Below, one piece after another: positions 57,851 through 64,000 of a stretch of 64,000 bases of DNA. The notes under the pieces were generated by a model. That model was not told where the DNA came from. It saw only the letters and a list, made by a program, of their open reading frames with translations, and searched no databases. This stretch comes from an uncultured Clostridium sp. Its GTDB lineage: Bacteria > Bacillota > Clostridia > TANB77 > CAG-508. How positions within the stretch are numbered: position 1 is the first letter of the stretch; each line of letters opens with the position of its first letter. The stretch lies in contig CAMNND010000001.1 in the NCBI GenBank assembly GCA_946545035.1, forward strand, positions 34,809-98,808, written 5' to 3'. The position numbers were made by a program, and so were the translations under genes.

Positions 57851-58099
57851 TTACTCTTTATCTGCATTAGGATCAGCAGTAACACCATCAGCAGTAAGAC
57901 GAATAAGCTTATCTTTCTGATCCTCAACAGCCTCACGAACAACTAGACCCTTACGCTGTAGACCATTAAGAACACCAGTAATAGAACGACCCTCAATATC
58001 AAGAGCAGCTGCAATGTCCTTAGAAGTTAGATCTTCACCCTCATGAGCCTGAAGGAAAGTTAGTACTGCCTGAGCTTTGTCTGAAAATAGTTTAGCCAT
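57851..58099 (-). CDS. Small winged-helix (MarR/ArsR-like) transcriptional regulator (82 aa) heading the - strand early block, downstream of two tandem consensus promoters
   Basis: Track ORF with RBS gagaaaaggagtctcatt. HTH-like segment LTSKDIAAALDIEGRSITGVLNGLQRKGLV. Confidence 0.45.
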   Translation of the reverse strand: MAKLFSDKAQAVLTFLQAHEGEDLTSKDIAAALDIEGRSITGVLNGLQRKGLVVREAVEDQKDKLIRLTADGVTADPNADKE

Positions 58100-58155
58100 A
58101 ATGAGACTCCTTTTCTCTCTTGGAACTTTGTTCCTTTTTATTTTATTTCTAATAT

Positions 58156-58184
58156 ATTATACTACTTATTTAATTAAAAGTCAA
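58156..58184 (-). promoter_or_regulatory. Sigma70-type promoter P2 on - strand (TTGACT-17-TATAAT)
   Basis: - strand reads TTGACTtttaattaaataagtagTATAAT. Confidence 0.55.
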
Positions 58185-58213
58185 GAACTTTTTTCTTAAC
58201 TTCTTTTAAATAT

Positions 58214-58242
58214 ATTATATCATTTAATTTATTTTTTGTCAA
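58214..58242 (-). promoter_or_regulatory. Sigma70-type promoter P1 on - strand (TTGACA-17-TATAAT), tandem with P2, upstream of the regulator gene
   Basis: - strand reads TTGACAaaaaataaattaaatgaTATAAT. Confidence 0.6.
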
Positions 58243-58251
58243 ATAAAATTT

Positions 58252-59376
58252 TTAAGAAAAAATTTCTTCGTACTTACAATCTTCGGGATCTTTATCCTCT
58301 CGCATACGAATAAACACTGGGTGCCGCAATGCACCGTCTTTAGTGGTAGACATTGCTTCACACTCTACAACATGACCAATATAATTGTCAGGATTTTGCG
58401 CCATATCTTCTCGTATAGCATCAGTAAAACCAGAAGCTACACGACCTACTTCTACAAGTTCACCATTCTTATAAAGACCTAGAGTCATAGCATTTTTCCA
58501 ATTATTATACCAAGGCTTAGTAACAGGTTGATAAATATGAGGATTTTGTTCATAATCTTTATAATGATACCCATATAGAGGATACCATTGGAAAGCACCA
58601 TTTTGATCTTGTTCACCACGTTCAATCCAATATTGCCAAGTTTCAATTTCTTTACCCGTATAAATGCGAATTGGATCTTCTAGACCAATACAAACAAGAT
58701 CAATGCTATCCATATGTTGCTTCATCTTAAAATAGGTCTTTGTAGGACGTTTGCCTGGTTCATAAATAGCATCAGCCTTTTTAAAGACCATCCCCTCTCC
58801 ACCATTGCTTAGAATATCATGAAGAGTTTGTTCAAAATTATCTGTATAAACATGAGCCATTTCTACATAAACATTAATATCTTGTTTATAAAACCAATCT
58901 TGGAATTTTTTAAAACGAGCTACGAAACCAGTATTGCAAAAGTCAATACCATCAAAGCGAATGACATCAAATACATAGTAATGAATAAAGCCACCGTAGC
59001 CTTGTCCTTTTTGTCTTGCAATTGCATTTTGTGGTGTACACCCCATAATCTTAGTTACATCATTACTTTTACCGCCAGGAACATAAATTTCACCCAATAA
59101 GACAGTATCGTCTGGAAGAGATTTTGCCCATTCTATAATATGTGGAACATTAGCACTTTTTTCTACAAGTTCACCCGTTTTACGAGATTTAGTTCTTGCA
59201 AATAAATAAATATGATCATTATCAATTTTCTCTAGCATATAAAGTGCACCATCATATTTTTGTTGTGCTACCCATTGACCATTACCTTTAAAAGCTTCAT
59301 CAATAAGTGCTTGGGATGGTTTACCATTATATTTCATTGGATCGAGTTGGTAGCTACCCGGATAAAGTTCACTCAT
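58252..59376 (-). CDS. ATP-dependent DNA ligase (374 aa; adenylation motif I KYDGAL)
   Basis: Track ORF with RBS aaaggagaa. KxDG motif ~40 aa from the N-terminus. TGA-free. Confidence 0.5.
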   Translation of the reverse strand: MSELYPGSYQLDPMKYNGKPSQALIDEAFKGNGQWVAQQKYDGALYMLEKIDNDHIYLFARTKSRKTGELVEKSANVPHIIEWAKSLPDDTVLLGEIYVPGGKSNDVTKIMGCTPQNAIARQKGQGYGGFIHYYVFDVIRFDGIDFCNTGFVARFKKFQDWFYKQDINVYVEMAHVYTDNFEQTLHDILSNGGEGMVFKKADAIYEPGKRPTKTYFKMKQHMDSIDLVCIGLEDPIRIYTGKEIETWQYWIERGEQDQNGAFQWYPLYGYHYKDYEQNPHIYQPVTKPWYNNWKNAMTLGLYKNGELVEVGRVASGFTDAIREDMAQNPDNYIGHVVECEAMSTTKDGALRHPVFIRMREDKDPEDCKYEEIFS

Positions 59377-59399
59377 AAATTCTCCTTTCTTTTAAATAT

Positions 59400-59428
59400 A
59401 TTATATAATAAAAAAAGGGACTTGTAAA
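59400..59428 (-). promoter_or_regulatory. Sigma70-type promoter on - strand (TTTACA-17-TATAAT) whose -35 lies inside the terminator hairpin GGGACTTGTAAAGTCCC; drives the ligase gene
   Basis: - strand reads TTTACAagtccctttttttattaTATAAT...aaaggagaatttATG. Confidence 0.5.
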
Positions 59429-59445
59429 GTCCCTTTTAAAAGGAG
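59411..59445. terminator. Rho-independent terminator (A7-GGGACTT-GTAA-AAGTCCC-T4) after the topoisomerase A gene
   Basis: 7-bp stem with A/T runs on both sides, seen directly. Confidence 0.55.
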
Positions 59446-61577
59446 AGCCGACTTCCTTTTCCAGCTCTATGTTGGACTGGTAAAGTTTTTGACATAGTTC
59501 CCACATTAATTTGAATAACGGTTGCTCCTTCATTGAGAGTAATACCTTTAACACCCTTTGCAGTTTTTCCAACAGGATTAATCTCGTCAAGTTTAAATTG
59601 GATACCCATTTGATCTGAGGTAATCAGCGTCATGTAATCTCCATTTGTTTCTCCAAACCAGATGAATGAATCACCTTCATTAAGCCCCGCACACTTCATA
59701 CCACGTTTATTCTGAGTACTACCAATAAAGATAGTCTTATCAGATTTCTTTACTAGACCTTTTTTAGTTACACCTGTAATATAAGGATGCTTTTGATCAA
59801 TATTCATATTGGTCATATAAAGAATCTTTTCATTAGGCTCAAGAGAAAGAATTGCCCCAAGAGCAGTACCCTTATCGGTAGTTGCGCATTGTTTAATTTC
59901 ACTAACTTTTAGACGATACATCTTCCCAAGAGAAGAGAATAGTAGAATAATATCATCTGTGCGGGCCTTCACTTTTTCAATGTTAGTCTTAGTTTCACGA
60001 TAAGCTTTAATAGGAATACTCTTAATATATCCCTGCGTTGTGCGGACTACAATAACATCTTCAATGATAAGCTCTTTCGCTTTTCTCGCCGTAGATGTTT
60101 TAGGAATATCCTTTTGAATTACAGCTGTGCGGCGTTTATCACCAAACTTTTTAACCAAATCCCGCAAACGCTCTGCAAGAATTTCAGTTTGCTTTTTATA
60201 AGATCCAATTACCTCTTGACAAGTTAGAGCTAATTGTTTCTTCTCTTGGAGCTCATTTGCAATTGCGATTTGATCCATATTAGTAAGACGGCTTAGAGTC
60301 ATCTTGAGAATAGCATCGGCCTGTTCAAAACTTAGCTGATACTTCTCACAAAGATTAGTCGCTGCAATTGACTTATTTTTACTACTCTTAATAAGTTCAA
60401 TTACATTATCAATATCTTCTAGTGCAATTGAAAGACCTTCAAGAATATGAATACGCTTTTGTGCGGCTTCAAGATCATATTCGTACTCACGCTTAATACA
60501 GCCAGTATTGTGCTCAATGTAAGTATCCGCATACTTTTTCAATGTAATCATAATTGGAGTTTTGCTAATAATTCCATTTTGATTAGCATTAAATTGTTTG
60601 CGTAGATTAGTAGCCGCAAATAACTGAGCTACAACTTTAAGAGGTTGAATTCCTGGCGCGCAAGTAACAACAAGTGAGATACGTTTTTTATCAGATTTGT
60701 TATATACATCTGCAATGCCAGTAACTTTCTCTTCTTCAATTGCCTTTTTAATTTCGTCAATTATTGGCTCAATAAAGACTTGATAAGGCAATTCATAAAA
60801 ATCAATTTCATGCCCACTAATGTTAAACTTACTTTCAATTATAACTTTACCTCGACCCGTCTTATTAATTGCGGCAAGTTCATCCTTATTAATAATTGTT
60901 CCGCCAGTGGGGAAGTCAGGATAAAAATTATCTTCATCTAGTTCTCCGGTTTCAATATAACGAAGGAGAAGTTCTGCGGACTCACTGAAGGAGTGTGGAA
61001 GCCATACATTCGAAAGAGAAACTCCAATTCCTTGAGCTCCGTTGACGAGAAGTCTTGGGAAGATGGCAGGCAATACTGTGGGCCATCTATCATCTTCGCT
61101 GAAATTGGGTTGCATTGGTACAACAGATTTTTCAATATTTCTAAGCATTCCTTCTTCGACAATTGAGCTAAGTCGAGCTTCTGTATATCGATCTGCGGCG
61201 ATTGCGTCCCCTCCGAGGATGACGTTACCATTTGATCCATGAAAATCTACCTCCGGTATATTATTTGTAAAAGGCTGAGACATACGAGCAAAAGTCTCAT
61301 AAATTGCAGTAGTTCCGTGCGGCCACCACAATGCAGCAACTCCGCCAGAAATCTTTGCAGACTTTACATGGGGCTTTTTACTAGTATATTTTTTAGTATA
61401 CATTTCCCAAAGACAAGCTCGCTGTCCCGGTTTGAGACCATCGCGAATATCTGGGAATGCACGATTAGTATTAGTATCATAACTACTATCAATAAAGTTC
61501 TGCTGAACCTCACTGATAATGTCAATTTCATTAATCAACTCGGGCCTCCTCAAGATGTTGTGCGAGGAATTGAACAC
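59436..61577 (-). CDS. Type IIA topoisomerase subunit A (GyrA/ParC-like; 713 aa; DGLKPGQRA and active-site AADRYTEARL). The start is probably TTG ~61539 (RBS gaggagg), overlapping the upstream stop, rather than the track's GTG 61577.
   Basis: Track ORF. Conserved GyrA-box-like DGLKP motif and catalytic Tyr context. TGA-free. Confidence 0.55.
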   Translation of the reverse strand: MFNSSHNILRRPELINEIDIISEVQQNFIDSSYDTNTNRAFPDIRDGLKPGQRACLWEMYTKKYTSKKPHVKSAKISGGVAALWWPHGTTAIYETFARMSQPFTNNIPEVDFHGSNGNVILGGDAIAADRYTEARLSSIVEEGMLRNIEKSVVPMQPNFSEDDRWPTVLPAIFPRLLVNGAQGIGVSLSNVWLPHSFSESAELLLRYIETGELDEDNFYPDFPTGGTIINKDELAAINKTGRGKVIIESKFNISGHEIDFYELPYQVFIEPIIDEIKKAIEEEKVTGIADVYNKSDKKRISLVVTCAPGIQPLKVVAQLFAATNLRKQFNANQNGIISKTPIMITLKKYADTYIEHNTGCIKREYEYDLEAAQKRIHILEGLSIALEDIDNVIELIKSSKNKSIAATNLCEKYQLSFEQADAILKMTLSRLTNMDQIAIANELQEKKQLALTCQEVIGSYKKQTEILAERLRDLVKKFGDKRRTAVIQKDIPKTSTARKAKELIIEDVIVVRTTQGYIKSIPIKAYRETKTNIEKVKARTDDIILLFSSLGKMYRLKVSEIKQCATTDKGTALGAILSLEPNEKILYMTNMNIDQKHPYITGVTKKGLVKKSDKTIFIGSTQNKRGMKCAGLNEGDSFIWFGETNGDYMTLITSDQMGIQFKLDEINPVGKTAKGVKGITLNEGATVIQINVGTMSKTLPVQHRAGKGSRLSF

Positions 61578-63438
61578 GGGGTTCTACTCGCTTGCCGTAT
61601 AGATCTTGGAACATTTTATCAGTCTTACCATAATCTTCAACTTTAAGTTGAAGTACATTACGAGTCTCAGGATCAAGCAAACAATAACTAAGCTCGTCAC
61701 TGTCCTGCTCACCAAGACCTTTCAAACGACCAATAGACTGAACTTGAGCTCCATGTTCCTTTTGATATGCTGCAAGTGCTTCTGCATCTCGCAAATAAAC
61801 ATATTCATTTTTCTTTGTAGTTACACGAAACAGTGGCGGAACTGCAGAATATACATGACCATTAGTAATTAGCTCTGGACACATATACCAAAGAATATTA
61901 AACAAAAGATTTTCAATTGCAAATCCGTCAAAGTCTGCGTCGGCCGCAGCAATAATCTTACCATAACGAAGTTTCTTTTCGTCATATGTAAGTTTACAAG
62001 TTCTTTCATCTACGTCAAGTCCAAGAGCTTGAACTAAATTATTGATCTCTTGGTTCTTATAAATATTTGTAGATGCGGTCTTGAGAACAGAAAGCATTTT
62101 ACCACGAACACCATAAATAGCCTGAGTCTCACTGTCTCGTCCTGCAACTAGACCTGCGGCAGCAGATTTGCCCTCACAGACAAAGAGCTCACATTTGCTA
62201 CGATCTTTACTCCAACAATCTGTAAGAGTAGTAGGAAGCTGAATTGCTTTAGCCTTTACAGGTGCCGCAGCTTTAGCCTTTACACGCTCTCGAGCTTTCT
62301 TTGCAGCTTCCGCAGCTTTGCGAGCAACTAAGGCTTTTTCAATAATGTTTTTACCATCTTCAACATTATTATCTAGCCAAATTTCTAGCTGCTCTCCAAG
62401 AGTCGAAGAAATGAAACTCGTATCAATCTTAGTAATTGTAGTCTTTACTTGCGCATCATATGCAACACCTTCTGCGGTAATATTAGCTACAAGTACCATA
62501 CCCTCTTGAAGAGATGAACCATCAAGATTTTTATCTTTAGCTTTAAGAATACCCTGCTCTTTTGCCCACTTATTAAGAATACGAGTAATAGTAGACTTAA
62601 TTGAAGTGATATGCGGCCCCGCAGATGTAAGTCCGCAATTAACATAAGGAACAATAGTAGAACTACCACGAGTAGTATAACTCATTGCTAGAGAGATAGC
62701 CTGCTTATCTTTCCTCTCTTGGATAATTAGAGGATTATTGATAATCTCAATATCTTTTCCAAGATGTTTTGTAAGCAAATCTTGTATTCCATTTTCATGT
62801 TTAATTTCTTGTCCATTAAACATAATAATAAGACCAGGGCAAAGACATGTAATATCTTCACAGAAATTAAGCAATTTCTTTTGATTGACTTGCGGAGTAT
62901 CAAAAAATTCTTCACTCGGCGTAAAACTAACTAATGTACCACTTGGATGATCTTCTTTGCCAGTTTTTCTTTTTTTGAAAATGCCTTCTTCAAAGTAAAT
63001 AGATTCATATTCACCTTTGGCATTCCATGAGCTAACAAAAAGATTATGACTAAGAAAATTAGTTAGCTTACTACCAATGCCATTTAAGCCAATTGCAGTT
63101 CCTTCATATACACCATCGTCACGATATTTTCCTGATGTATTAATAACGTCAAAAGATGCTTGAAGAACAGTTTCTCCATCTTCACGTATAACATTTATTG
63201 GAAAGCCTTGCCCTGCATCTTCAATTGACACTATTTGATTATTTACAATAACAGTAATTTTATTACCATGACCAATATTATATTCATCAATTGCATTGCC
63301 AAGAATCTCAATTGCCAACTGAGTTGCATCGCTAGTGTCACCGGCGTACATACCTGGCCGCAAACGAACATGTTCTCTTGGTGACAAAGATTCAATACTA
63401 TCATCTTTATAAAGGTTATCCATTAACCCTCCTTTCAT
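61531..63438 (-). CDS. Type IIA topoisomerase ATPase/TOPRIM subunit B (GyrB/ParE-like; 635 aa; EGKSAAAG TOPRIM and GVRGKMLSV motifs)
   Basis: Track ORF with RBS aaaggaggg. GHKL ATPase N-terminus and TOPRIM EGxSA. TGA-free. Confidence 0.55.
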   Translation of the reverse strand: MKGGLMDNLYKDDSIESLSPREHVRLRPGMYAGDTSDATQLAIEILGNAIDEYNIGHGNKITVIVNNQIVSIEDAGQGFPINVIREDGETVLQASFDVINTSGKYRDDGVYEGTAIGLNGIGSKLTNFLSHNLFVSSWNAKGEYESIYFEEGIFKKRKTGKEDHPSGTLVSFTPSEEFFDTPQVNQKKLLNFCEDITCLCPGLIIMFNGQEIKHENGIQDLLTKHLGKDIEIINNPLIIQERKDKQAISLAMSYTTRGSSTIVPYVNCGLTSAGPHITSIKSTITRILNKWAKEQGILKAKDKNLDGSSLQEGMVLVANITAEGVAYDAQVKTTITKIDTSFISSTLGEQLEIWLDNNVEDGKNIIEKALVARKAAEAAKKARERVKAKAAAPVKAKAIQLPTTLTDCWSKDRSKCELFVCEGKSAAAGLVAGRDSETQAIYGVRGKMLSVLKTASTNIYKNQEINNLVQALGLDVDERTCKLTYDEKKLRYGKIIAAADADFDGFAIENLLFNILWYMCPELITNGHVYSAVPPLFRVTTKKNEYVYLRDAEALAAYQKEHGAQVQSIGRLKGLGEQDSDELSYCLLDPETRNVLQLKVEDYGKTDKMFQDLYGKRVEPRVQFLAQHLEEARVD

Positions 63439-63448
63439 TCTCTATATA

Positions 63449-63477
63449 ATTATACCATAATAAAAAAATCCCGTCAA
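63449..63477 (-). promoter_or_regulatory. Sigma70-type promoter on - strand (TTGACG-17-TATAAT) with -35 inside a terminator hairpin (CCCGTTAAGA..TCTTGACGGG + T7); drives the topo B gene
   Basis: - strand reads TCTTGACGGgatttttttattatggTATAATtatatagagaatgaaaggagggttaATG. Confidence 0.55.
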
Positions 63478-63513
63478 GACTTAATTAAAAATCTTAACGG
63501 GATAAAATTTTAT

Positions 63514-63735
63514 TTAATCTAGAGTAAATTCAAGACTAATTTCTTTACGATGACGATCGTGTACTAATCGCATTTTGCCAGTGCGGCGACTAGAAATTAA
63601 AATTTTTACTTTACCAGTTTGATCATCTAGCCAGGCTCCATGATACATCCAAAGTCCATCTTCATAACGAACAACGGATTTATCTTCAACTAAGGCGCGA
63701 TGATCTTTATCAAAAGCTTGAACAGGTTTCCGCAT
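63514..63735 (-). CDS. Hypothetical protein (73 aa)
   Basis: Track ORF with RBS aaggag. TAA stop. Confidence 0.4.
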   Translation of the reverse strand: MRKPVQAFDKDHRALVEDKSVVRYEDGLWMYHGAWLDDQTGKVKILISSRRTGKMRLVHDRHRKEISLEFTLD

Positions 63736-63737
63736 AA

Positions 63738-63986
63738 CTACTCCTTATAATATTTAGCAAAATTTTCAAAATCATTAGGGCAAGAATACACTGTAATATC
63801 TACTGTTTCATTCTCTCCAATCATTCAATCTACAATAGAGCGATCACATAAATGAATATATTCATCTGCTGTTGGATGTTTAATTGTAATTCAATCGTCT
63901 GTAATAGGATTAAAAATAGCAATATTAAAATGGGATAATTTATCGCGAGTATAACCATAGGTTTTTATCATATCATTAACAAACAT
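63738..63986 (-). CDS. Hypothetical protein (~82 aa) with 2 in-frame TGA at the upstream end of the - strand early block
   Basis: Hand translation: RBS aaggagaaaa + ATG ~63986, open through two TGA to TAG ~63738. Confidence 0.35.
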
Positions 63987-64000
63987 TTTTCTCCTTTACT

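Noticed and set aside
1-64000. Host with native genetic code 4 (Mycoplasma/Spiroplasma phage)
   Set aside because: The endolysin has GH25 muramidase, a Cys/His peptidase and two PG_binding_1 repeats, which implies a peptidoglycan cell wall. The complete avoidance of TGA in ~6,200 codons of replication enzymes is also unlike Mollicute codon usage. It remains a formal alternative.

Overview
This window is one continuous stretch of a large, AT-rich (~30% GC) tailed-phage genome (Caudoviricetes) with two convergent gene blocks.

**Layout.** Positions 1-38503 (+ strand) hold a virion/tail/tail-fibre/lysis module: giant ORFs of more than 1800, 1179, 917 and 3489 aa, then holin and endolysin. Positions 38547-64000 (- strand) hold, first, a short recoded operon (membrane protein, RuvC-like resolvase, dUTPase, small ORFs) and then a DNA-replication/nucleotide-metabolism block. 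That block contains NrdG/NrdD/NrdH, a family-C DNA polymerase, a RecJ-like DHH nuclease, DnaG-type primase, DnaB-type helicase, a tRNA, a Sak4-like ATPase, an SSB-like protein, a ThyX-like protein, ATP-dependent ligase, and type II topoisomerase A and B subunits. The two blocks meet at a bidirectional terminator at ~38508-38548.

**Main result: TGA is a sense codon.** In-frame TGA occurs many times per kb in the structural, lysis and resolvase/dUTPase genes. Conserved motifs place it at tryptophan positions (CBM5/12 AHTSQEGWEP..PALW, GIY-YIG RW, dUTPase, RuvC TGWA), so it almost certainly encodes Trp. Every gene I delimited ends in TAA or TAG, and none ends in TGA. In contrast, about 13 large conserved replication/nucleotide enzymes (~6,200 codons) contain zero TGA and encode every Trp as TGG. 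Several small ORFs interleaved among them do use TGA. The PG_binding_1/GH25/NlpC-P60 endolysin argues for a walled host rather than a code-4 Mollicute. The pattern therefore looks like phage stop-codon recoding (TGA->W) with code-compatible early enzymes.

**Other features:**
- The block carries eight near-consensus sigma70-type promoters on the - strand, two of them embedded in terminator hairpins.
- A 91-nt type-II tRNA, best read as Ser(GCU), is not a suppressor.
- A 3489-aa mosaic-GC tail fibre carries tandem coding repeats and four carbohydrate-binding-like modules.
- A TGA-recoded ORF combines a transmembrane anchor, a coiled coil and a GIY-YIG domain.
- A probable frameshift or homopolymer indel sits in a small membrane-protein gene.

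Coordinates I derived by hand (not from the ORF track) may be off by 1-2 nt.
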